Assembly: GCA_000320545.1 (NCBI GenBank)
Contig: ADNK01001010.1
Location: 1-51,892 of the forward strand
Reading direction: 5' to 3'
DNA from: Bigelowiella natans CCMP2755
Taxonomy: Eukaryota; Protista; Cercozoa
Length of the DNA: 51,892 bases
Part shown: piece after piece, positions 25,567 to 38,936 of the stretch
How the letters are laid out: each line of letters starts with the position of its first letter
How positions within the stretch are numbered: position 1 is the stretch's first letter
Notes under the pieces: model-generated
What the model was told of the DNA's origin: nothing
Database searches by the model: none
What the model saw: the letters and a program-made list of their open reading frames with translations, nothing else
Program-made: the position numbers and the translations under genes

Positions 25567-27008
25567 CAAAACCGGGCGTGCAAGTCCCCACCCCCCACCT
25601 CCTGATGATGCCAAACAACCCATAGTTGTGGAAAATAAACGCGGAAATGGTAAGAAATGATATACAATCTATTGGGATGAGTATTGGTAAGTAATGCAAA
25701 CAGACTGGTGAACAGACAACATGATTCTAAGCATTCCGAAGAAATATCCATCTCATTCCCCAATTTGAGGTCGGCCCCATTTCAAGAGAAACCATGTATT
25801 CCCCAGAAAATAAGAAACACAACGTGGAGAAGTATTACTTCTAGAGGAAGCATGGACATACACACAACACACACACAGACACAGAGACTCACATAGACAA
25901 ACACACTCATCTGCGCGTAAAGATACACCCGCACGCTAGGAACCCTGCTCTCTCAAATTAGAATTTCTCACAATTATCCCCTTGCTCTCTTCCGAGTGAG
26001 TGACGGTACTGATCACTTCTATCACCGTCTAACACCGACAACCACCGACGAGAGTGCTACTAGTTTGTAGTTGGATCGAACCTGGGCGAAATGCATTATC
26101 TCCGGATGACTTTGATGATGTATGATAAGCGAATAAACCGCCCTCATCGGATTCTGAGTGCAACGTTCGTCTTTGGTCTTGTCCCTGGGAGGGAGCAGGG
26201 GCTGGGCTCGTGTGCGATGGAACGCGTTGACCCAGACCCGCCATCGTTTTAGCGTTTAAGATTCTGATACAGTTCGGAAGGAAAGACGATCAGAACGATT
26301 TGCATTATAATTCATTCGATTTGTTGCTACGTCTTCCAGAATAGTATGTCGCGTACCAGGATAGTAGCCATACTGAAGCCCGAACCAATTTTCCAAAATC
26401 TGAACCTGGAAAACAGGTTCCTGTGGGAATTTACCCAATTTTCGCCTTCGATTTTCGAGATTCGGGTACAAACGGCTTGTAAACTTCCCAAAAAAAAAGG
26501 CGAAAAAAATGGCGGGCCGTCATACGTCAAATTTCCTGGCGCCAAATTATCTATCAGGATTTCTTAAAAAATTACCTAAATTAAGAACGGCCTTGCCGCG
26601 AATGTGTTTCCACCCTGTTTTTAGAGTTGTAGCAGCACGTTCTGAAAAATGATAAAACGACAACCCTGTGATCGTGTCGGTGGGATAATTTTGGATAATT
26701 AATTTGTAAGTTTTAGTATCCAACATGGATCATCTAAGGTTCATGTTCTCTGTCGCAGATTTGTAAAGGAATCCATTTTCGAATCGAGTTGGACATTGGG
26801 TGCCGAAATCACATTTGGGTGCCGAGGCTAACGGCGTTTTCAAGCGTTACATGTATTCTCTGTCTTCTCTCCCTTTCATTTAGCTTCAGAAGCCGACGAA
26901 AAGGCTTTGAAAGGTTGGAGGCAGGTACATGTTTCTGTCGATTGCCAGCCCAGGCGCCACACACACACACCTTATTTCGTGTTCTATCAGGTTGGATAGA
27001 TAATTGCT

Positions 27009-28428
27009 ATGGCAAAGAAGAAGGGGAAGGACAAAAAGGGAGGCGACTCCCACGACGCCGAGAGAGGTCTCGAAAAACGTTTAGCTGACGTCGAAAACTA
27101 AATTATCCTCACTCTATTTCAGAAGCAAACCTGCGGGGGGAATTCGAAAAGATTCTAAAAGCTCTCTGTGTAGAGTACAAGGTTCCTCGTTGTGATAAGA
27201 GTCACCGGCATTCATTTTTGGTAGTCCACAATGACAAAGTTGTTTTTGCCGACGGCATGAAATCAGGTTCAGGATGAGCTCCGACAAGATCTTGAAGGGG
27301 CTTTCGCTGTACCAGAAGGACAGGAACCACCAATAAAGAAGGTTAATATTATCCAATCGCATTCTTGGTGCTTTTAGATCGTCAATTCTGTTGTTGTTAA
27401 AATCAGATGCTGCTGGCCAAGGAGCATGACCACAGATCCATACGGGCCCTTTGTGATACGATCAAGGGATGCCGCTACGAGGTGACTTGTAGAATAATAA
27501 TAGAACTAGTCCTAGTTACCGTTAACTCCTACAATATGTAGAAACAGCTTCCTGAATGAGTATTTCTTATATTTTGGCAGTATCTGAAAGAGCTCCTCTT
27601 AGTAAATTGTGGGTTCGGGGACAAAACGGCTTCTCTCATAGGGCAAACGATTAGGTTCTTCCCCCCCTTTTTTCTCCTGTTTTTATTCTCCTTATTTTGG
27701 CACCTAATCTTTCATAATCAAAGTGGGAAAGCCTCATGATGCTTTGTTTGATTAACTGTTGCCATTCATCGTGATGGCTGCGTGTCATATTTGCTCATAA
27801 TCTTAATCATAAGCATTCCTCCCAAACTCACTGAGTTGCCCGACTAAGTAAAATTAACATTTGATCCGTAGATATACGCTTTTTGAGCGACTGGAGCTCC
27901 GCGATTGCGGGGCTGGTTTGAAGTTCTCTGAGGTGTGGCAAGCAAGTGCCCTGGACACATGTGCATGTTGTTTCGAATATGCGTGTGCATGGAGTAACTC
28001 TAACCGAAACTGCAGCTTGCTTTGTTTCGATACTAAAAGCTCTATCTGGGTTCTCCTTCATTAAATATGTACTATCTTCCTGTATCAAAGGCCCTTTCGG
28101 AATATCTTGGAAATCCTATGCAGTGCAAGTGAGTTGTTCGTGCGGATGCATTGCACAGCTAATGAAGTTTAGTAGACAGTAGCGTGTTCCAAGGATATCA
28201 ATTTGTCACTTATGCGCTGTTTGCATCGACTTCCCTGGCGACGCAGGAGAACATCATTGGTGTTTTACCGTCCAAGATCAATTTGTGCTCGTTTACTTTT
28301 AATATGCATTAACGGACACGTCCTTTCCCTTCTTCCTTTCTTTCTTCGTTGTCCTTTTCTTCCAGGCTACAAAAACTTCTTTTAGACTATAACGATTTAG
28401 GCTCCGAGGGTCTGTGTGCGTATGCACG

Positions 28429-28472
<44 letters not shown>

Positions 28473-29022
28473 CGCGCGCGCGCGCGCGCTCGTGCATTTT
28501 TGCGAACGTATATGCGTTCATTGCATGGAAAGAGGGAGAGTCTGAAAATTTCTTTTATTACTCCTATTCGTTTTTGAATTGCACATCCAGGCGCTAGACT
28601 GATAGCCCAAGGGCTTCAAAACAACCTAACCCTTAAGGTGCTTTGTTGAGTCCCCCTGCCCTCCTAATCCCGTATAGCGAATAGTCCCATGAAGCACACA
28701 CACACACACACACATTCACACGCACGCACACAGGAGCTGAGCCTGCAGTATTGTAATATCGAGTCGAAAGGAGGAAAGTATTTAGGTATAAGTGGATACT
28801 AGGAAAATAAGATAGAACAGTAGAAAAGTAACCGTAATAACTAATAATATCACCTCCACCACTATTACTATATTGTTATTACTATTATTTCTTCTAGTAG
28901 TGGTGTATTAGTAAGCAGTGAAATATTAGCAAAAAAAAAATTCTTCTTCTACGGAAAATCTGTACGATATGGAGTCCTATCATAAACTGACTAGTTTATG
29001 CATGTGCACATGAAGAAAGAAA

Positions 29023-29079
<57 letters not shown>

Positions 29080-29407
29080 TATATATATACGATGAACGTG
29101 TGCGTGCGTGCGTGTATTTCCCATTAATTTTTTGTGTTTGAAGGCCGCATGCTGCATCCTCTGGAGGACCCTGCCAATCCTGGGCAACCACATCCGAACC
29201 CTGAGGTACAGCAATCTAGCAGACTTGCCCATGCACATGCACACACGAATAAACACACACTTTTGTATACAGAGCAAAAAGCCTTTAGAGCTGCTGGTGC
29301 TGACGGGGAATCCTTTAAAGTGCGCTGGAATCGGTATCATGATGCTTCTACTTTAATGAAGTGTAGAGAAATCGCATGTACGCACAAAATAACACGCACA
29401 CACTGAT

Positions 29408-29449
<42 letters not shown>

Positions 29450-30540
29450 ATCTCGGGCTCTCCCACCCTGTCTATCTGTCTCTAATTTGAGTTAGATACA
29501 ATGAATACCTTTGATCGTCATGTATCATCTGAGTTCCATACTCGTAATATCTTCGTACAGGAATGCTCGCTCAGGGCCTTGCGAAGAACAGGACACTAAA
29601 AAAGCTTAATTTGGTGATTAATGATGGCTCTAGATGATGATGAAGATGATGACAACGACGACGACGCCGATTATAATAAACGTTGTAGTGTGGTCGTAGT
29701 ATATCCTCAGCTTTCCCAACTCATTTCCAGTGCTTATGGTGTAGAAACTTTTAAAACATGGATATACTAAAATACATCTATTTGATTTCATGATTTTTAA
29801 AACGATGATAATGTGTGCGTGTGCGTGAAGATGTATACTCATGCACATAAATTTACATACCCAATGAAGGAAAACACGTCATTCGGCCACAACGCACTAG
29901 CTACGCAGGTCCGGGGCGGGAGCAGAAGGAGGAAGGGGGGAGGGGTGGGGTATAGAGATGGCCTCGTGAAGGCAAAGAGGCAAATAACCTTATCGAGACT
30001 AATGAGATTATACTATATACATGAGAGGCAACAGAGAGCTTTAAATCCCAATTAACAAGAACCTTGTGTTTATACCTCGTGCAAACCGCAGGCCCTGGCC
30101 GAGGCCGTAGCGTTGTGCGAGTCGCTCCAAAGCCTCAACATCTCTGGCAATCTTGTCGGGAATAAAGGCGCGAAGGTAGCAGAGATAGTAGCGACAGCTG
30201 CTTAGAAGAGAGAAAAGTATTGTCTCCTCATTGTGAATTTGTCACTCATGATGGCAATCGTCATCGTTATTCAAACACCGCAGGAGTTGTACACATACCT
30301 GGAGCCAAAGAGGCACCTCACTGAGCTGAAAATGACGCATTTTGTCCGGGGAGATCTTTATGGAAAGCTTATTGTGGTCGCATTCTACACACGCACACAC
30401 GCACACAAGCACAGATATGTGTAATTCATTTGTTTCTGTGTGTTTGTGCGTGTGTCGTCAAACAGGATATGATAAAAAGGAATAAGGATGAAAAGAAACC
30501 TAAGAAGAAGAAGGGGAAATCGAAGGGGAAGAAGAAATAA
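27009..30540 (+). CDS. RNI-like leucine-rich repeat protein with lysine-rich N- and C-termini
   Basis: Exons: MAKKKGKDKKGG; YLKELLLVNCGFGDKTA; LQKLLLDYNDLGSE; IAQGLQNNLTLKELSLQYCNIESKGG; LELLVLTGNPLKCAG; LAQGLAKNRTLKKLNL; LQSLNISGNLVGNKGAK; ends KKKKGKSKGKKK-TAA at 30540. Confidence 0.85.
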
Positions 30541-30959
30541 AGATTTCCTAGAAGATCACACATGATGGTTTTTGTGCCAATTTACTTTTAAGTATGAAGC
30601 AATCTGCAATACCGCCAAGATGCAACCATAGCGAGTAAATGACTGTAAACGGCTATCACGTGCCCCGCCATGCATGGCACCACCATTATACCATTATTGT
30701 TGCGTACATGTGCTACGATACGCAGACCTGCATGTAAATGCGGAATGCACGAGCGTGTACGTCGTCGCACATTCGCAACCGCCATGCATGCAACATATAC
30801 CATATATAACACGTGCTCAGCCATCATTCATAAGCGTAGCATCGTATCTCATCGCGGCCACCTTCCTCCATCTTACAGCCTAGACCATCATCATAGTCAC
30901 GACATGTACATTCCTTGCATGTATTTCCTATTATTATCATCAAATAAAGACCAAGCTTA

Positions 30960-31711
30960 TCACGAAGCATATGCGCTTCGCATTTTGATCAAGTTCGCTT
31001 TGGCAGCAGCATCATGATCGACCACAGGGAACGGATAGTCCTTCCCCACGACGCATCCGCACGCCACCTGTACTTCCTTCGGCGCCCGCCATGGCTCCCA
31101 CACGTACTCGTCGGGTAGACGCCGTAAAACAGGCAGCCATTTGCGAACGTACGCGCCGTGTCTGTCCCTCTTCTTCCCTCCAAAAACAGGGTGATAAACC
31201 CGATCAAACTTGTCGAAGAACGCACTGGCTGATACCCACATCCAGTTGCCGTTGTTGAGAGCGTAGTCGGCGTCGACGAGGAGCTTGGAGAAGACAGCCG
31301 CCCCTCGCTCCCACGATATCCATAGGTCCCCTCGGGTGAGGAAGCAGGCAGCCATGTGGCGGGCAATATGATGGACCCAGCCAGTCTCCTTGAGCTCCGT
31401 CATGATGGCGTCGACGTAGGGATAACCTTTGATTGTTTGACAGATTGTGTAAGAAGCGCTTGTCCAGAGTGAGTAGGTGAGTAGTGTCATACAAACACCG
31501 CGGGGAAAGAAAGAGAATGATATCTGAAGAGAAGATCTCGACGTATATAGGCAATGATGTCGGCAACGAACCGAATGGGCAGTAAACCCCCCCCCCCCCC
31601 CTTCCTCCCCGCCTTCCTCTCCTCCACAGCCGCCTACCACCTGTTCTGGCGTTTTCCCCACGCATGTAGGAGCTTCTCCTCTTCACCCCCCTGCTGATTC
31701 ATTGGCAGTGA

Positions 31712-31750
<39 letters not shown>

Positions 31751-31830
31751 CAACATCAATCAATCAACACTGCGAGTGATGACGACTTTGTGCTACTTGT
31801 ATGCATGGAGGCGTATATGTGTCTGTGCGC

Positions 31831-31881
<51 letters not shown>

Positions 31882-34158
31882 TGTGTATGTGTGTGTGTGG
31901 ACATGTAGGTATGGATTATAAGAGGAGGGATCAGAAGAGGTAGGAGGAAGAAGGCCTTACGTGCTTCCTACCTCGGAGTCTCTCCCATACGATGATCTCC
32001 ACGGTATCTGCTTACAGATAGGGTTGCCCTCCATCCGGTCATAGTTTGCGACGGCAACCGAATTGAAGTAAAAAAACTCGCGCCATAGCAGCTGCCCTTC
32101 AAGGCTCTGCGGCGGCTTTGTAACGATCATTTTCGCTCCGTGGCTGCCCCCCCTCCCACCCTTGCTCCCCTCCCGCATCTTGTTCGTCTTCGTCAAGTGC
32201 TTCTTTTTCTGTTGCTTGCCGTTATTTTTCTTCAACTCAAGCTGCATCCTGCTCTGATAGACCCTCCGCACCTCCCAGTAGTACAGCCGTGCCGAGAGGC
32301 AGCCGAACTTGAGATAGGGGCTAAGAGCCGTTGTCGCAGGCTGTAGAGCGGTAGGGTTGGTCTTTGGCTTGGAGAATTGACAGATAAACAGCACGCGAGA
32401 GAGTTGCTTGTGCATCCTCTTGAGCGCATAGGATTCCCCGCCAGGGAATAGAGGCAGTGCTGCTCGATTTTGTCCTGATTGTTCAAAGAATCCATTATTC
32501 CTGATCGGCCCTCTCTCAGTTCCACAGTTTATTTCACTTCGCTCACTGTTCTTTGTCTCTCACGTATCTCTCTCTCCCTCTCTCTTTCTCTCCTCCCCCC
32601 TTTCCCGTCGAAAGTGAAGGTGTTTTGTGTCCAAGTCCACCTAAGCCTCCCCCACCCGCCACCCCGTCTCTGAACAAAATTGCCTTTCTTCTTATAATCG
32701 GAGTCTTCATCTTGCTCATTTTCTTCTTCGTCGTCATCGTTGTCATGGGTTTCATCCGGATATCCCAACTCTGTTAGGGTGGGCACTGTGTGTTCCGTGG
32801 CAGCGAATCGACCGTGTAAGTCACGATCATCTCTCGGAATGGCGCGCGGGGGGGGGAGAGGCTCTCCAGGTCCCTCGTCCAGCGACTCTAGAAACTTCAG
32901 GAACGCGCTATACGACGTGATTCCCTTATGATTTGCGGATAGGAAGAAGATTGCAACATTTTACCGAGAAATCGCGATGAATCAAAAATGATGATGACAA
33001 CAACGGCGACGATGACATAGCAACACACCAGCAGAGTAGCTACAGCAACAACAAGTGTGAGGGGATATCCTTCTGCATGTACCTTCTTCGGATGGTTTGC
33101 CTTCTTTACGAGTTTATCGATGTTATAGAGCGTGTGTGAATGTCGAACCGCGACTTCAACGCCGGCTTCATTCGCCAGCTTCGCTATTTTCGCATCTCTG
33201 ACCCTCGCGTATGGCTCTGTGTCGTGCTCCCAGCTTATGCGGTTGACGCCCCAGCACGAAATGAGGTTCGGAAATACCTTTCATGTATGCAGCAACTTGA
33301 AGCAGCATTCCCCACTGTTGCATGATGATTACAGCGCTACCGTTCTATAAAAACGCATTCTGCCCAATTGGTCTATCTATCATATCATATCTTAAATCAC
33401 ACCTTATAAGGGCTGCCTTTCACAACGAACAGTCGAGAGTTATACCGATTTTGCAGAGTCGCATCAAGGTCGCTGAGGGCCTCTAGAAGGAACCTACATC
33501 GGACTTTCCCGACCCCTTGAACCACCTTCTTCTTCCTATTCTTCTTCTTTCGTTGTCCTTCTCCTTTACCGCCATTGCTACTAGATCGTCGACTACCGAA
33601 GAAGTGCGGATCAAGAACGAATACGGGATACACCGTATGAGCGCCCTCACACGCAGCAAGCAGCGAGGGATTATCGTGAAGTCTAAGTCCTTTTCTAAAC
33701 CAATGGATGACAACGTCCTTCCTACTTCCCGACTCGTGTTGTTGTTGCTGCCGCTGCTGCTGCTGTTCCCCCTGCTGCTGCTTTCGATCGTGAAGAGAAA
33801 GCGGACGAACGGATGCTGTTCCCCCTGCTGCAGCTGCTACATCACGTCGCTTGCGCCTGCCCCCTCTCCAGCCTACTTTCGCATACTCATCCTCCATTCC
33901 ACCACCGTCTGATGTCGTTGTTCTATTAGATGTAGACCGTATATGTTGCTGAATCCCAGCGTTACATCCCGCCGTCTGATTCCTTGCATGGACCCCTGCT
34001 GCTGACACCGACGAAGAGCCATCTCCCATTGACGAGGGAAGATGCTCTCGCTGCTGCGGCTTCTTCTTCCTAGACCTTGGCAAGCCATCTCCCTTCCTAA
34101 GCCGTCGGGATTTACCCTCCTCCCTCCTCCGGGCGTCGCGCATTTGCCTCCACGCCAT
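30960..34158 (-). CDS. (6-4) photolyase / animal-type cryptochrome family protein
   Basis: IHWFRKGLRLHDNPSL; RFLLEALSDLD..SRLFVVKGSP; WEHDTEPYARVRD; FPGGESYALKRM; TTALSPYLKFGCLSAR; PPQSLEGQLLWREFFY..MEGNPICKQIPW; GYPYVDAIMTELKETGWVHHIARHMAACFLTRGDLWISWERG..DADYALNNGNWMWVSASAFF; WEPWRAP..CVVGKDYPFPVVDH. These motifs are diagnostic of the 6-4/animal CRY clade. Confidence 0.95.
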
Positions 34159-34361
34159 CCCAGCCTATCGTGCTCTTTCAGCCAGAAAGGAGATAACACT
34201 GCGGTTTTAGCGCATAAAAGCCGATTTATTTGTTGTCGCATACGAGAAAATCGCATTGATTCTAAGAAGAATTTATTGTGCCGAGAGAAAGGCCCATCCC
34301 TGCCACACAAAGAAAAAAGAAAAGAAAGACCCATCCAACCCCCCCTGGCCAGACATCACCG
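34159..34361. promoter_or_regulatory. Putative bidirectional promoter between the two photolyase genes
   Basis: About 200 bp, microsatellite-free, between divergent ATGs at 34158(-) and 34362(+). Positional inference only. Confidence 0.5.
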
Positions 34362-37213
34362 ATGGCCTCTCAAAAAATCCTTGGTGCAAGCGTTAAGGTA
34401 CGAGGGCGGGGATGATACAGACAGAATTTGACCACGACTACGACAACGACAAATGATGATAATGATGATGATGGATGATGATTGTAAGGTGGAGATGAGG
34501 ATGATGACTTCATGTGCTAATCCAAACATTGCATGAGAGCCAAGAGAGAAGTGATGATGATAGAGGCACATTGGTAATGGTCATCAGCTTGCAAGCGTGG
34601 CAAGAAGTGGCTGACGAAAGACATCGCAGCGGCGGCGGCGGCGGCAGCAGCAGCCATCCTGTTATGCAATTGCGGTGCTGGCGTGTATGGTGGATCATCG
34701 CCGCTGCTGCGTCGTTTGCCATGCACTTCGTGTGCCAAATTCGTGCACAACATGACAACCACCAGCGCCACAATTTTCTGGTCTCTCATCCTGGTCCTTC
34801 TGCCATCTCTTCTCCTCCTCCACCTCCTGATGAGCCCTTATCATATTCTCCTCTCATCAACAAGGATGCCGACCCAAAGGCACTTCTCAAGCTATTCGAT
34901 AAACTGGTAAAGCAAGATTTCTTCCCACAGCAAAACCGACTGTGATGTTGACCGAGTGGTGTGCGATGAGAATGGTGGTGGTTGCGGTGTGGCGATGGTA
35001 GTGTGACGGAAGGTTAGCGCGGTGCTCTGCCTTTCAACAAATAAAGATGAAGGAAGACCCCCTCCTGTCACTCTTCCTCCCACCCCATCCCTCGATATTA
35101 GAATGTTCTGATTGTTATCAGGACAAGGAGGAGATGACGGTTGAAAGGCTAATCAAGGAGCGTATCGGAAAGAGCGTCAATAAGGCAAGTGTCACAACCA
35201 TTTTATTACTACTCGATCACCAAAGCTTTTCGTACAAACATCTTGACCTGAGTGTGGATGCTGACTGCCGGATTAATGACTGTTGTTGTAGTTTCGGAAG
35301 CATGAGAACGAGAAGGTAGCCACCCGAGCAAGACAGCTCGTAGCCAAGTGGAAAGAAATTTACACCAAAAGCGGCAAAAACAAGCTGAAACGGCCGCTGG
35401 AGGCATCGTCTTCTGGGACAAAGGACGATGCTTCTTCGAAGCGATCCAAAGGTGATGAAGTGTTACCCGGATGATATCTATCCTTTCCCCCCTCGTCCAC
35501 TTTACTTCGTCCGATTAATTCACGAGCCTAATTGCTTCGTTTTCTTTCGATGTCTCTTTCAGGGAGTAAAACTTATGCAAAGTGGGAGGACATAGCAGAG
35601 GACAACGACGGGGAAGCGATGTGAAAATAGGCGAATGGCCCTCTGATGGCACTGTCAAGTCACCCTACAAAGTAGAGGTCGGTCAGAGATGATTCTTCCT
35701 CCTTTCTCTATCATCATAACAAACACTCTCTTATCCCCCCTTTTAACGCAGGAAATCGTAAATCCGGACAGAATCCGCTTAGTAGACGAATCAACTTTCG
35801 ATAGGGTAGGTGCAATCTCCTTGGCTGAGTGCGGCGATGAGATCCTACCGACATCTTCCTACTTGTGATTGTTGCTATTTCCTACTATGTTGGAAGGCCC
35901 AATGTTATATCCACCGTGTTTGAATGAAAGACGTTTTGTACTCACCAGGAGCGTCCTGAGCAACTTGACATTGGCGCAAAGGCAAAGGTGGCATTCGGGG
36001 GGAGGGGGGGGGGTTGTGGAGGGTGGAGGAGAGTTGTGTGCTGGTGCTGTGCACGGAAGAGGCTGTATGCATGGCGGAACAGTGATGGAGGGCCATTAGA
36101 GTACAGGAGAATCGTCTTTCCTCTCACTGCTGACACTGCTGCTGGTGCTGTGCGGCTGTTCTTCTTAGATCAGGCCACTTGGAATCACACACCCGAAGAA
36201 GGGAACGATCGCTCTCGAACGCACAGGTGATGGGATGGCCTCCAACGACTCAAATTGAAAATGATAATGACAGTGCTGCTGCTGCTGCTACTTTTGGCCG
36301 CGAATGATGATAGTGATATTGATGCAAGCACTCACGAGAGCGATGTGATATGTGGCGCTTTGCTGTTGAGTCATTTTGTCCTTTTCTTTTATAAGACCGA
36401 CAGGATCATAGCACCACCACCACTGATACGCTGCTTGCTGATGTATCACTCTTATTTCCTGCGTTCCATTGCTATGCTAACCACGCACACAATACAATAC
36501 AATGCAATACAGGGCCGGTTGTATATTGGATGTCGCGGGACCAACGGTGTGTGTGTGTGTTTGTGTGTGTTTGTGATTATAAATACACAACAACAAACTC
36601 AGTCAATCAACGTCGCCTTTAACATGACTAGTCTTTCTATTTGTGATTTTTTGTTAATACCCAACCACTCTCCGCCCCCTGGCCTTGTACTTGTTTCCTC
36701 GCGTAATCCTTGTATCTTTCTCTTCGGTCAACCATTCACAATAATCCGCTCTGTGAGGATTCTAAGCAGCCCCCCCTCCTTTTGGAACCATCAGATCTCA
36801 GGACAACTGGGCATTGCTATTCGCTCAGCAACAAGCAGAAGCCAATGGTACGACGGGATTTTGATTCTTTTCGCTCTCCGTAGCAGTTTTTTGTGTGGGT
36901 AGTGGTAGTAGTAGTAGTAGTAGGAGGAGGAGGAGGAGGAGGAGGAGTCTTTCCCAGCTGATGAACGTAACTGCCATTGTCTCCATCATAATCATCATCG
37001 CCATCGTTATGCTCATCATCATCATCACCGTCATCATCATCATCATCATCATCACCACCACCACCATTATCATTTTACTCATCTAGGAGTTGGATTGGTG
37101 GTAGTCTTCAACTTAGTGCCGACGTTTCTTGAAGGTGATGGGGTGCAAATAAGCAAGTGATTGAACAAAACGAACGCAAATTTAAACACACACATACACA
37201 CACACACACACGC

Positions 37214-37263
<50 letters not shown>

Positions 37264-37595
37264 GGAGAGGGAGAGAGTTGCAAAAAGCAGTTTTTTCTTT
37301 CCCCATCATCTCCAACGTTCTCCAATCTATTCCACTCTTCTGCGTGTGCGCGGGTATAATCTGCTCACGGATACCCCCCCCCCCCCCTTTCCGAAGTTGG
37401 CAGCTACCAATACGAAAAGGCAGTACGGGTTCATGGTACGGGGACTACGGAAGGTGCAGAGCGAGTTGAAGAAAAAGCAAATCCCCCTCACGTTGTTGTT
37501 CGGTGACCCTCAAGAGACGATTCCTCAGTTCATGCGCAAATACGGTGATTTATTTATTGTAGCATCGAGGATGATGATGATATTGATGATGATAT

Positions 37596-37630
<35 letters not shown>

Positions 37631-38636
37631 ATGTTGGTGATAGTGAGAATGAATAGTTGAAATAGCTTGATAGTGTTTCGCTTGTGGTCTCGTTGTTATT
37701 GAGCTTCTTCCTCTCTTCCTCCTCCCACTCCTCCCCCTCCTCTGCTCGCGATTTGCCATCTCCTAGATTGTGCCATGCTGGTGGGCGACTTCTCCCCCCT
37801 CAAGATCGGTTACATATGGAAGCAGCAAGTGAGAAAGAGACGGAAAATACAGAGCAATATCAACTATTATTATATACCAGGAATGCCTAGAATTCTTATG
37901 CTAAGACTCTAAATATTGGGGGTCGCTCTTGTTGCTGTTATAATTGTAATTCTTCTTCTCTCCGATCTCAATAGCCTCCCCCCCCTCCCCCCCTCGTCTT
38001 TGTCCGTACACACTACCAGGTTTTTGCTAAGCTGGATGAGAATGTCCCATTTTATGAGGTGGATGCACACAATGTGGTGCCTGTTTGGAAGGCGTCGGAC
38101 AAGGTACTAGCATCTGCTGCTCATCATCATCAATTATACTTGGAAGAAGGCTGTTGTGTTGTAGCAGCGTCGTATAGTCGCTGTACATTCTAATGACGTA
38201 GTGTCATCATGTGCCCCCAATTCGACTATTTGCAACCGCGCCATAATTACTGATATCGCCGTGGCGGCTGCAGCTAGAGTACGGGGCACGCACCATCCGG
38301 AAGAGGATCCACACGAAGCTGGGTCGATATTTGACGAGATTTCCAAAGGTATTAGGGAGATGATGATGATGAGGATGATGATGAGGAGGATGAGGATGAT
38401 GGTGATAGGGGACAGAGTCGGAGCCAAATATTGGAACTACTGATCTTCTGTCCACATCTATCTCCTCCTCCTCCTCCTCCTCCTCCTCCTCCTTCTCCTT
38501 CTTACCTAGCAACACTAACAGCACCAAAATGCAAGCATATACTATGATTACATGATAAGCACCTTTAAATTAATAAATATGTGTGTGTGTGTGTGTACTC
38601 TACTTCAACTAAGACTCAATTACTTTGTCCAACCTC

Positions 38637-38672
<36 letters not shown>

Positions 38673-38900
38673 CCTGCAGCTAAAGACCCATAGCTGCAAA
38701 TCCATGCCAACCGAGCTGCAGTGCGAGAAGATCAACCCCATCTCGTTCCGTCAGCTCGTCAAGGAAGGCAGCATCGTGGTGGATGGGGAGGTTGATGAGG
38801 TGGGGTGGTGCCGGCCGGGAGAAGAGTATGCACAGCAAACGCTCACTGACTTTCTCAGCAGGAGGGTACGTAGAAGGAGGAGGCAATACACATATTTAAG

Positions 38901-38936
<36 letters not shown>

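Noticed and set aside
26100-26160. Possible C/D box snoRNA (TGATGA...CTGA)
   Set aside because: Too short, no terminal stem or recognisable rRNA guide, and TGATGA is ubiquitous in this genome.
26029-26244. Minus-strand 71-aa ORF as a separate gene or extra SAS-6 exon
   Set aside because: No recognisable domain; linkage to SAS-6 cannot be established from sequence alone.
34514-34860. Hydrophobic 'signal peptide' ([15 protein letters not shown]) ahead of the TND-photolyase in ORF 34514-34945
   Set aside because: More likely intronic read-through. ATG 34362 with a gtacga donor and the aag| acceptor at 34864 give a more TFIIS-N-like start. Not fully excluded without cDNA.
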